Below, piece by piece: positions 18,033-26,428 of a DNA stretch of 64,000 nucleotides. Source of the stretch: a virus. A program made the translations under genes and the position numbers. The notes beneath the pieces were generated by a model. It was not told where the DNA came from and searched no databases. It saw only the letters and a program-made list of their open reading frames with translations. Location: positions 186,367-250,366 of the IMG/VR virus record IMGVR_UViG_3300029288_006769; one strand, given 5' to 3'. Within the stretch, counting starts at the first letter, position 1. Each line of letters begins with the position of its first letter.

Positions 18033-18596
18033 TTATATGTTGTTTTTTCTTAACTCCATTGCATGATCTACAATTCGACTCCATAAGTCTGTATCATCAT
18101 GCACTTTATTATGTAAAAAATTAATAATTTCACCTTTTGTCATACCCCAATCAAGTAATTCTCTAACTTGCTCTAATCTCGATTGTTTTTCTCCTGGGTC
18201 ATTCCAGTACTTATTATAATCGATGTTAAATTTTCCATCAGTTTTTTGTTCCAAGTATTGAACATGTGGAAATGTCTCAGAAAGATTTTGAAAAATGTGT
18301 ATTGTTTCATGTGTAACAGTAGATTTTGGGTTTTCCAAATATATAATGACATCGTTTCTTGTTTTTAAATGATATTTTTTAAAATCATGAAGTGGAAGAT
18401 AAACCACTTTCTTTTTATGATTAGATGCTCCACGTTCTTCTTGTTCTCTAAATTTAATTTTAACCGAGTCTAAAATATCTGAAAATTCTTTTTCTTTTGT
18501 TGTAGGATAAATTTCTTTTAGTCTTTGTAAGAGAAATTTTCTTTTTTTAGGGATGTCAGCAAAAGTATATGTTTCATTTCTCGGATCCATTTTCAT
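18033..18596 (-). CDS. putative zinc metallopeptidase (HExxH)
   Basis: THETIH motif with a downstream Glu. Confidence 0.45.
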   Translation of the reverse strand: MKMDPRNETYTFADIPKKRKFLLQRLKEIYPTTKEKEFSDILDSVKIKFREQEERGASNHKKKVVYLPLHDFKKYHLKTRNDVIIYLENPKSTVTHETIHIFQNLSETFPHVQYLEQKTDGKFNIDYNKYWNDPGEKQSRLEQVRELLDWGMTKGEIINFLHNKVHDDTDLWSRIVDHAMELRKNNI

Positions 18597-19158
18597 TCCT
18601 ATTTTGCTTTAGTTTTTTGATTGTTTCTTGCATCTCTTGAATGATTTGATTCTGATGACTTAATTTTTGCTGCATCTCTGTTACTACCATATTGTTATGT
18701 CTATTGATCCTTTCGATGTCGTGTTGGAGCTTTTCAATCATTTGATGCTCCATGTTTTTTACAATATTATTCAACTCATCTTGGTCATGTATCAAAACAA
18801 ATTTGCTCTTATCATCGTGCTTTCTTGTCAGAACACTTATTCTTTTGTTGAAATTTTCTTCAAAACTATTGTTCAATTCCTGTTCTTCAGCTTTTGAAAG
18901 AGCAATTATATTTCTTAATTTGCCGCACAAAAAACCCTCTGTACCATCAAAATGCCTATCAACAAATTCTCTGTCGGGCATCAATGCTGTCTCTTGCAAC
19001 GTCGGCCCCCCAACACAACCTTTAAAAAAATCTGGGCAATGTGTACAAGGGACCGGCTTCAACAAACCTAACAAAAACGTAGACTCATTCCTATCAACAT
19101 AAGAAATAGAAAAACTAGATGCTCCTGTAGCTTCTCCACCTAATTGTTTTACTAGCAT
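18574..19158 (-). CDS. hypothetical protein
   Basis: 194 aa. Confidence 0.45.
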   Translation of the reverse strand: MLVKQLGGEATGASSFSISYVDRNESTFLLGLLKPVPCTHCPDFFKGCVGGPTLQETALMPDREFVDRHFDGTEGFLCGKLRNIIALSKAEEQELNNSFEENFNKRISVLTRKHDDKSKFVLIHDQDELNNIVKNMEHQMIEKLQHDIERINRHNNMVVTEMQQKLSHQNQIIQEMQETIKKLKQNRNENGSEK

Positions 19159-21014
19159 TATTGAGCGACTTGTTGATATAAGGTATCAGCTTGTTCATGA
19201 TCTTTTGAATTCTCTACTACAATTTTACTAAGAGGCCCTGATTTTTTAGACACATGAAAACTAATTCCATTGTCTCTAAGTTTTCTCTTAAACTGACTTA
19301 AATGTTGGATTGTAGGAAACTCATAAGTTTTCCACTCGGTTGACGACTTCTTAGTTTCATTGAGAATGTCATCAATTATTGATGCACTGTTTTTGTTCGA
19401 AAAAAGTTCGACATCAAAATTATTATCAGGCTGCACAAAACTTTCTTGTGTCTCTGTTGTCTCTGTTCTATCTTTCGATGCTCTTTTTCCAATATTCTTC
19501 TTTTCTTCATCTAAAGCAGCTTGAATCCCAAGAGTGAAAGTAGAAATAGTTTTTGACTGATCATTGCTTACAATTGCAGCACAAGTTTCAATCCAAGATT
19601 TAGGCACAAACGAGCTTGCTTTCTCAAACACTCTCTTTACAGCTCTCGGCGATCTTACTAAAGGGCTATTCGAAACTAACAATGCAACTTTAGTACAAGT
19701 CCCACAGTTGTTGAGACTGCAATTATTACATTTTGGATTTGCTTTCAAACTATAAATAAGTTTTCCGCCTGCATGCTGGATTTTTGAAAAATGCATTGCC
19801 ATTTCATCGCAATTTGTATAAATATTTGAATCAATGAAAACATAACCAATTTGTCCATAATGTCTTTGCAACTTATAATCATTCTCTGTCCAAAATTGAT
19901 TTGCAGCTTCAAAACCAAATTTCTGCCTAAGAGAACTCTTAACAGTCTCAAGGTCATCCCCCATAGTCATCAAATTAAAAGCATGATTTGTCATTGCTTT
20001 TGTATTGATTGTGAGCGGCTTCGATTTTGGCTCTATTTCAACACCTTGAAGAGTTGAACTCGCAAAATTCGTGTCAAAATTCTGCCGTCTTGCAAATCTT
20101 TCAAGTTTTTTCAATTCTTCTTTATGTGTTTCGACAAAATCTCTAAAAGTGTTGAAGCTATATTTGTGTGCAATCATTTTTCCAATCTCAGACTGAGAAA
20201 GACGAGAATTTAGCCCTTTCTTCCAATCTGACATAATTTCTGCATAAAAAGCTTGTTTCTGAAGTGCAGCATTCTTCTTGTCATTGTTTTTGACTTCACG
20301 AATATGCAAATCTTTTTCATCAGCATCTCTTTGGAAAGCTACTCGAGCTTCTTTTGCATTATAATAAGATCTTTTGATGGAATCAAGAGAAAATAAAAAT
20401 TTAGATGCAACAAAAACAGGACGTTTTGCTTCCAGCAAATCTTTGTATTCTTTTATTGTCGCCTTTGTAATAAACTCAAGCCCTGAAAATTTATCAAGAA
20501 TATCATGAACAGTTGCACGTCGAATTTTGAAATCGATCTTAGCCTGTTCAATAATATTTGCATGTTTTTCCTCAAGATTTTCAAAACCAAGAAACGAGTA
20601 TTCATTAAGATGAAGTCTTATACTTGATTCTAAATATTTAAATACTTGTTCTTTGGCATATTTAGACAAAAGTTCAGTATGGATCTGTTCAAAACTTTTT
20701 TTATCTCTGATCAAAGTTTCAACAGTTCTATCTATTGTTTTCATTACTACGTCTTGAGCAATTCTTTGCGATTTTTCAGCTGTGAATCTGTTTTCTATAT
20801 TTGATTCTCTAGACCCATCAGAAGTCAGTTCGTTGGCCCTAGACAAACCCGAATCTTTCTCATAAGGGATTACAGGTACCTCGAGTTTAGGAGGCTCGTA
20901 ATTAATCTCCTGTTCAGCAAGTTTCTCAATATAGTCAGGCATTGTTTTGCGACTGGGAGTACTATCTAGAATACCTGAAAAACCTTGATCAAAAATTCCA
21001 TTCAACGGGTCCAT
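19158..21014 (-). CDS. large hypothetical protein
   Basis: 618 aa; internal Cys cluster CNNCSLNNCGTC. Confidence 0.55.
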   Translation of the reverse strand: MDPLNGIFDQGFSGILDSTPSRKTMPDYIEKLAEQEINYEPPKLEVPVIPYEKDSGLSRANELTSDGSRESNIENRFTAEKSQRIAQDVVMKTIDRTVETLIRDKKSFEQIHTELLSKYAKEQVFKYLESSIRLHLNEYSFLGFENLEEKHANIIEQAKIDFKIRRATVHDILDKFSGLEFITKATIKEYKDLLEAKRPVFVASKFLFSLDSIKRSYYNAKEARVAFQRDADEKDLHIREVKNNDKKNAALQKQAFYAEIMSDWKKGLNSRLSQSEIGKMIAHKYSFNTFRDFVETHKEELKKLERFARRQNFDTNFASSTLQGVEIEPKSKPLTINTKAMTNHAFNLMTMGDDLETVKSSLRQKFGFEAANQFWTENDYKLQRHYGQIGYVFIDSNIYTNCDEMAMHFSKIQHAGGKLIYSLKANPKCNNCSLNNCGTCTKVALLVSNSPLVRSPRAVKRVFEKASSFVPKSWIETCAAIVSNDQSKTISTFTLGIQAALDEEKKNIGKRASKDRTETTETQESFVQPDNNFDVELFSNKNSASIIDDILNETKKSSTEWKTYEFPTIQHLSQFKRKLRDNGISFHVSKKSGPLSKIVVENSKDHEQADTLYQQVAQ

Positions 21015-21030
21015 GTTTTTAATCCTTTAT

Positions 21031-22299
21031 TTAAGTTGCAAAAGTTGCAATAAGAGGAGAAATGTATTGATTATCTAACAAATAATCTTCTTGCTTCATA
21101 GAATATAGACTTACTTTAATATTTGGTATTGTCTTAAAATAATCAAACATTAAAGAAGAGGTCTTGTTCTCCACAAGCTTAAAATCCCCATATACCATAG
21201 GTATTTTTCTATAACTCAAACCTTCAATCTTAATTAATTTTGCAGACTTTATATCGCGATCTTCTTCAAATCCACAAACATGACACTTAAACATTCTTTC
21301 ACTTAAAGTAAATTTTGTTTTTGAACTACATAAAGGACATATTTGCGTTGAAGGAAAGTAACGATCCACAAAAATTGTCTTAGATGTTTTTCTTAATTCA
21401 TCTAATATTCGTCCAATTATTGTAGAACTTATTTTTCTTCCATACAAACGTTGCCATCCTACTAAATTATCGTTTTGAATGCAAATAAAATCAAAATTGT
21501 TCTTTAAGTAACTAGTTATCTTGTTTGAGACATCTTCTTTTTGATTGTTTATTTTTAAATATTCTTTTCTGATTTTCATCCTGGACTTAAACTTGTTTTT
21601 AGAATTTCTAATTTGTCTAGAAATCTTTTTTTGTATTAATCTTATTTTATTGTTTTTGAAAGTAGTATCAATTTTAATTCCATTTGAAAAATTTAAAATA
21701 TTCTTAATACCTAAATCACATCCAATTGTTTGATTCGATATAGATCGTTCTTGTTTTTGTTGAAAAGTAGTAATATGAAAAAAGAAACTAAAAGGTTTTC
21801 TTATAAGTCTTATACTAGAAATTTCTGAATTTTCTGGTATTTGCTTTAATCCTCTTACTTTAAAAACTTTTTTATAATTTTCAATTTTTATCGAATTAGA
21901 TTTTACATACATATTACCTGGAATAGAATTTATTTCGCTTTTAAATTTTAATTTTCCTACTTTTTCGTTTTTTTTCTTTTTTGTTGCAAGTCCTTTTATA
22001 TTATAAATTATTTTTTGATAAATCTTTGCTCTCATAGAACTACTCAAATGTCTTAAATCTTTCTCTTCAAACTCTCTTTCTTTATTCATTACAGAAACTT
22101 TTTTTAACTTGCAATCAACAGAAAAAATATTTTTTTGAGATAAACAAAAATTATACCACCATTTTGCTTCAAGAAACAATCTGTTAAGAAATTCCAATTT
22201 GTCTTTTGATAATCTTGACATATCGATTTTTACTTCATAAATTTTACAAAGTTGTTTTTTTCTCTTTTCTTTTGTTGATTGACTTTGGATAAAAGACAT
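21031..22299 (-). CDS. tnpB: TnpB-like RuvC nuclease (IS200/IS605 OrfB family)
   Basis: N-terminal OrfB HTH-like helix (WWYNFCL); RuvC-I GCDLGIKN; RuvC-II region IQNDNL (Asp where Glu is usual); zinc finger CPLC..CHVC; RuvC-III DRDIKSAKLI. Confidence 0.8.
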   Translation of the reverse strand: MSFIQSQSTKEKRKKQLCKIYEVKIDMSRLSKDKLEFLNRLFLEAKWWYNFCLSQKNIFSVDCKLKKVSVMNKEREFEEKDLRHLSSSMRAKIYQKIIYNIKGLATKKKKNEKVGKLKFKSEINSIPGNMYVKSNSIKIENYKKVFKVRGLKQIPENSEISSIRLIRKPFSFFFHITTFQQKQERSISNQTIGCDLGIKNILNFSNGIKIDTTFKNNKIRLIQKKISRQIRNSKNKFKSRMKIRKEYLKINNQKEDVSNKITSYLKNNFDFICIQNDNLVGWQRLYGRKISSTIIGRILDELRKTSKTIFVDRYFPSTQICPLCSSKTKFTLSERMFKCHVCGFEEDRDIKSAKLIKIEGLSYRKIPMVYGDFKLVENKTSSLMFDYFKTIPNIKVSLYSMKQEDYLLDNQYISPLIATFAT

Positions 22300-22338
22300 T
22301 TTAAAATTTTCACATATCTGTTGTGATTTGCAAAAAAC

Positions 22339-22651
22339 TCACTTAAGTTCCAAATCAAAAATTACTTGGTTTTTTTCGCCCATTTGAATTTCTGTCTTCT
22401 TGGGCTCTCCATTATATCGTTTTTCAAGAATTTCAGCTACATCAGACATATCTATTATGACTCGAGTTCCACCTTTTGATTCTTGTACTGTTACGGGAAT
22501 CAAAACTTTTTCTTTTCCTTCGCCATCAAGTCTTTCTTCTGGCTCCATATCCTCGCAACATTTTTCTTCGTCACATGCCTCAATAAAAGCTTTTTTTAGC
22601 AATTTTTTTAGGAGCAAGAATTGTACATATAGCGCAAGAACAAGTATGCAT
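22339..22651 (-). CDS. Cys-rich small protein, paralog A (frame broken in a poly-A run)
   Basis: ATG CAT ACT TGT TCT TGC... gives MHTCSCAICTILAPKKIAKK, then the frame shifts at GCT-A7-GC (A6 in paralog B); the downstream frame matches track ORF 22339-22617. Confidence 0.4.
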
Positions 22652-22652
22652 T

Positions 22653-22787
22653 TTATCCACCTATTTTTCTTGGTTTTTCAAATATATCAAGAGGTCTCTC
22701 AGCTTCTCCGTCTTTTGGCTCTTTACTTTCTAAACCAAAATCCTGAGATTCATTTAAAACTTCTTGTATTATTTGTTCATTTTTCAT
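22653..22787 (-). CDS. small acidic protein (44 aa), copy A
   Basis: MKNEQIIQEVLNESQDFGLESKEPKDGEAERPLDIFEKPRKIGG; its stop is 1 nt before the Cys-rich ORF start; its ATG overlaps the stop of paralog B (ATGA). Confidence 0.35.
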   Translation of the reverse strand: MKNEQIIQEVLNESQDFGLESKEPKDGEAERPLDIFEKPRKIGG

Positions 22788-23050
22788 TTAATATCTAGCT
22801 TATCCCAAAATTCAACGATTTGTTTTATTGTATCTTCTAAAGAATCTCCACTTTGGAAACTTCCTTCAATCTTAATTCTAAAACCCATTTTATCGGGAGT
22901 CTCAGTAATAACCATGTCAACACCAGGGCCAAGTTCAACTTTTTTTGCAGTTTTATCAAGTTTTTCTTCGTCACATGCTTCAATAAAAGCTTTTTTAGCA
23001 ATTTTTTGAGGATCAAGAACTGCACATATAGAACAAGAACAAGTTCGCAT
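22784..23050 (-). CDS. Cys-rich small protein, paralog B
   Basis: MRTCSCSICAVLDPQKIAKKAFIEACDEEK..., in frame; shares the N-terminus with paralog A. Confidence 0.5.
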   Translation of the reverse strand: MRTCSCSICAVLDPQKIAKKAFIEACDEEKLDKTAKKVELGPGVDMVITETPDKMGFRIKIEGSFQSGDSLEDTIKQIVEFWDKLDIK

Positions 23051-23051
23051 T

Positions 23052-23186
23052 TCACCCGCCTATTTTTCTTGGTTTTTCAAATATATCAAGAGGTCTCTCA
23101 GCTTCTCCGTCTTTTGGCTCTTTACTTTCTAAACCAAAATCTTGAGTGTCGTCAAGAAATTCTTGTATTATTTGCTCGTCTTTCAA
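23052..23186 (-). CDS. small acidic protein, copy B (TTG start)
   Basis: LKDEQIIQEFLDDTQDFGLESKEPKDGEAERPLDIFEKPRKIGG; same length and position as copy A. Confidence 0.3.
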   Translation of the reverse strand: MKDEQIIQEFLDDTQDFGLESKEPKDGEAERPLDIFEKPRKIGG

Positions 23187-23281
23187 GCGATATCCATAGT
23201 TATTTAAATATTAATGTAACATGTTTTAATATCTTTATTTGTTTTGATTAACATATTATTCTTCTATAGTCTTTTTTAAAT

Positions 23282-24295
23282 TTATTTAGCAGTAACCCAA
23301 GACACGACAAATTCATAACCATCAGGAATCTTTCTAAATTTTTGTATGCCTTCAAAATCATAAAAAGTATGAGTAAGATTAAATTCATCTTCATCATAAT
23401 GTAAATCCTTTATTTCTTCTTCTAATTTTTCTTTTGTATAATTTTCTTTAGTTTTTAACACTAAATGGACATAATACTCACCTTCATATTCTTCATCTAT
23501 ATCATCTTCATCTTTATCCAAGGCATCGTTTATTTGATCATTATCTTTAATCTTTTTAAGCAGTTCTTTTACTGAATTACCTTCTAATTTAACATCAGCT
23601 TCCAATGTACTTGTTATTTTAAATCCCATAGATTTTGACAGCTCAAAGAAACTGTCGATTCCTGCCATGAATTTTTCAAACAAAGTTACATATTCAGTTT
23701 TGTCACCCTCTTTTAAGTACGTTAACCATTTTTCAGTGTCGATCGCTCTCTTCAATTCATCAACATGTTTCTCAGCCTTTTCAAAAGCTGTGGTAAATTC
23801 TGATGAATCAGCAAACTCTTTTGCTTCAACTTCTTTTGATGCTTTCTTGTCAGCTACACCTTTTTCATCTTCTTTGAAAAGCCGCATAACATGCTTTTTA
23901 TCTTCAGAAATTTTCCAAAAATCACCAGTCTCTAAATCTTCATAAACATCTCGACCAGCAACTTTGAAAATACCAACTTGTCTATAAGCCATTGCTGTCA
24001 TCAAACTCATCTGAGTTTGTTTTGCTCTTTGTGCAACAAGCTCTTTGAAAAAATCTTGAGCAACAGATTTAGGATTATCACCAAGACTTGCTCTCTTCTT
24101 ATAAATATCTATAGTTGCATGTGTGATTTCAGGGCTCTTGTCAAAAGCTCTTAAAACTTTCTCAATGTCCTGCATAACATTACTATATGTCACAATCTCT
24201 TTACCATTGGGCAGTTGTGAAGCAGCTGTCTTGACAATACCGCGTTTTGAAACTTCCAAATTATCAAGAAAACTAGATTCTGTATCTCTTCTCAT
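23282..24295 (-). CDS. hypothetical protein
   Basis: 337 aa, acidic C-terminal half. Confidence 0.5.
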   Translation of the reverse strand: MRRDTESSFLDNLEVSKRGIVKTAASQLPNGKEIVTYSNVMQDIEKVLRAFDKSPEITHATIDIYKKRASLGDNPKSVAQDFFKELVAQRAKQTQMSLMTAMAYRQVGIFKVAGRDVYEDLETGDFWKISEDKKHVMRLFKEDEKGVADKKASKEVEAKEFADSSEFTTAFEKAEKHVDELKRAIDTEKWLTYLKEGDKTEYVTLFEKFMAGIDSFFELSKSMGFKITSTLEADVKLEGNSVKELLKKIKDNDQINDALDKDEDDIDEEYEGEYYVHLVLKTKENYTKEKLEEEIKDLHYDEDEFNLTHTFYDFEGIQKFRKIPDGYEFVVSWVTAK

Positions 24296-24305
24296 ATAAT
24301 CTCCT

Positions 24306-24611
24306 TTATACTAAAGTAAGTTTCTTTTTCATTGCTTTCAATTTCAACATAAGCTTTTTAAAATCATCTTGTGACTCTAAGACGCTTGGTGAACTAGAAC
24401 CTGAAAGACTTTCGATTGCCATATCAACTTCTGTTGTCAAATTTTCTACAATATCTCTTAATTCCATTGCTAAAGTAGTTGCTTCATCAACCTGTTCTTG
24501 TGGTACTGTTGTAACGACAGTTTCGTCTTTTGGTACTTGATCTTCAGGAAGATCGGGCCCTGGTACAACTTCTTTTGCAAGAATCTCATTTGCAATTTTT
24601 AAAACATTCAT
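24306..24611 (-). CDS. hypothetical protein
   Basis: 101 aa. Confidence 0.4.
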   Translation of the reverse strand: MNVLKIANEILAKEVVPGPDLPEDQVPKDETVVTTVPQEQVDEATTLAMELRDIVENLTTEVDMAIESLSGSSSPSVLESQDDFKKLMLKLKAMKKKLTLV

Positions 24612-24808
24612 TCTTCTTTGCTTTCTGTAGTTTTTTTTCTTAATAATTTATTGCCTACAATTCTCCAAACATCATCATCGACACGTCCTTCAAGAGGATC
24701 TTTCTTCGGAGAACCAAAACTAATTCTCTCAAAATAAGACGATGCTTCTTTAATTTTAGGCAAGCCTAAAGCATTTTCAACAACATTAGACTGATCTATC
24801 CTAAGCAT
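24608..24808 (-). CDS. hypothetical small protein
   Basis: 66 aa; overlapping junctions with both neighbours. Confidence 0.35.
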   Translation of the reverse strand: MLRIDQSNVVENALGLPKIKEASSYFERISFGSPKKDPLEGRVDDDVWRIVGNKLLRKKTTESKEE

Positions 24809-25477
24809 TTAAAATGCTCCTTTAATCTCATAATCTACAATTGCTTCACCTTGTTCGACAGAATCAAACTGAACTGGAGTTTTAAAAATCTCAGGTGTCA
24901 ATGTTGCTTTAAGTTTTTTGAATTCTGTTCCAAAATAACTATAAATCTTGTTAAGAATTTCATCAACATCATTCTGTTCTATTTTAATTTTATTTGCAGT
25001 TTTGAAAGAACTCATGTCCTGATGAAACTGAATTTTCAAAGTTCCTGTCATCATATTTGTTTTCTTGTCATAAAAATATTTTGACCAATCTTCAGAAATT
25101 TCTACATTTGCAAAATGTTGTAACGATGCTTTCTTTTCTGTTGCTTCTTCCGTTTTATCCATCTCCTGTTCAACAACATTAGGTTCTTCATCTTTCACTT
25201 TTTTCTTGACAATAGGTTCGTCAACAATTTCAAGATCCTTTATCTGTTCAGCAAGAAAACTCAAACTATTTGCAAGCGATTCACCATAAGACTTTAAAGC
25301 ATCAGGAGCAGCTAAAATTACCCCTTTGCTTACTTCTTTTCTACGAACAAGATCCATAATGTCTTCAAGAACAGTGTTGTCTGAATAACCCTTTGTCACT
25401 GCATTAATGACGGCATGTACAAAACTCTTATTCTCTGATTCAGTTATTACATTTGTTCTTTCGGCTATCTTGTCCAT
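24809..25477 (-). CDS. hypothetical protein
   Basis: 222 aa; RBS GAGGTAAAAATG; palindrome TTACTAAAATCTTAGTAA (25520-25537) in its upstream region. Confidence 0.5.
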   Translation of the reverse strand: MDKIAERTNVITESENKSFVHAVINAVTKGYSDNTVLEDIMDLVRRKEVSKGVILAAPDALKSYGESLANSLSFLAEQIKDLEIVDEPIVKKKVKDEEPNVVEQEMDKTEEATEKKASLQHFANVEISEDWSKYFYDKKTNMMTGTLKIQFHQDMSSFKTANKIKIEQNDVDEILNKIYSYFGTEFKKLKATLTPEIFKTPVQFDSVEQGEAIVDYEIKGAF

Positions 25478-25563
25478 TTTTACCTCGTTTTTAATTTTTA
25501 TTGCAATAGTTGACTAGTCTTACTAAAATCTTAGTAAATGACGGGATAAAAACTATAGAAAAA

Positions 25564-26268
25564 TCAAACAGATATTTCTTTTTCGACAGTTTTCTTAGAC
25601 TGGGTATGATATAAGGAATTATATTTTTTAAGAAGAGAAAAAACTTTGTGGTATATTGCTGCTTCTCTTGCCAATGTAGGACTTGACGATTTTTTAAGAT
25701 ACTCTAAACGTTTCAATCCAAGTTTGATTCTAGACCCTATTGATTCATATAAAAGATCGGGTTTCCCTTCTGCCTTTCCTATCTTTTTTGCAATTCTTCT
25801 TAAATCATGGTCTTTGAAATATTCCAGCATTGCAATTTTTTGTTTCCTGGTAACATGCTGATCTAGAAAACTTTCCATTTTTGTAATATCTATATTCCTG
25901 AAAAAACAAAGCAAATTTATACGTTTCAAAGCACGTTTTTTGTAATAACATACCATTTCTTGAGAAACTTTTAGAATTCTACCAACTACTTCCTGTTTTT
26001 TCTTATAAAAGAAAAGAAGCAATATTACATATTTCTCAATTTCTGGCAACATATGCTCAATTACATAATTTACTTCATTAATTTTCTCTTCATTTTCAAG
26101 TTCTATTTGAACATCTTCAGAACTATATAGACTATCACTATTTGAAAAGAAAAGTTCTAAAAGATTGTGATCGATTCGAACTTCACGTTTGTAGACGCTT
26201 ATATCGCCACTGGGGTCGAAATGACGTATAATACTTGACTTGCTTAATTTCGGAAGGTAATCATCCAT
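25564..26268 (-). CDS. sigma-factor-like protein carrying a region-4 HTH (possible late transcription factor)
   Basis: segment QEVVGRILKVSQEMVCYYKKRALKRI resembles sigma-70 region 4.2; no clear region 2. Confidence 0.45.
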   Translation of the reverse strand: MDDYLPKLSKSSIIRHFDPSGDISVYKREVRIDHNLLELFFSNSDSLYSSEDVQIELENEEKINEVNYVIEHMLPEIEKYVILLLFFYKKKQEVVGRILKVSQEMVCYYKKRALKRINLLCFFRNIDITKMESFLDQHVTRKQKIAMLEYFKDHDLRRIAKKIGKAEGKPDLLYESIGSRIKLGLKRLEYLKKSSSPTLAREAAIYHKVFSLLKKYNSLYHTQSKKTVEKEISV

Positions 26269-26275
26269 AAGAAAT

Positions 26276-26419
26276 TTACTCTTTTTGTGTCATTTTTGCC
26301 TTGCACTCTTCACAAATCATCCGACCATCAACTAATGCTGTTGCAGGATTTTGCCCGCAAATTTCGCAAACACCTGAAGCGATTTTGATTGGTTGTGGGG
26401 TCCCTTGTTTATGAAACAT
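26276..26419 (-). CDS. small zinc-ribbon protein (47 aa)
   Basis: MFHKQGTPQPIKIASGVCEICGQNPATALVDGRMICEECKAKMTQKE with strong RBS AAGGAGTTTTTATG; not in the track because it is under 60 aa. Confidence 0.4.
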   Translation of the reverse strand: MFHKQGTPQPIKIASGVCEICGQNPATALVDGRMICEECKAKMTQKE

Positions 26420-26428
26420 AAAAACTCC

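Larger units (their letters stand above)
22339..23220 (-). repeat. tandem duplication (about 430-bp unit, 2 copies) of a two-gene cassette
   Basis: 22620-22790 and 23040-23215 are almost identical at the DNA level (promoter region, small acidic ORF and 5' part of the Cys-rich ORF); the 3' halves of the Cys-rich ORFs differ. Confidence 0.75.

Noticed and set aside
21031-22299. Complete IS200/IS605 insertion sequence
   Set aside because: Only tnpB is present. There is no TnpA (HUH transposase) ORF and no recognisable subterminal hairpin ends, and the flanking genes abut it closely. I therefore report it as a solitary or domesticated TnpB, not as a mobile element.
22339-22617. Track ORF starting with MLLKKLLKK (TTG start) as the true paralog A
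   Set aside because: It is the downstream frame of a gene whose real ATG (22651) and conserved MHTCSC N-terminus are in the +1 frame. The two frames differ by a single extra A in a poly-A run when compared with paralog B.
22339-23220. Possible CRISPR array at the repeated region near tnpB
   Set aside because: There are only two copies of a unit about 430 bp long. The unit contains coding sequence, not 25-40-nt repeats separated by unique spacers. No array-like periodicity was seen anywhere in the window.
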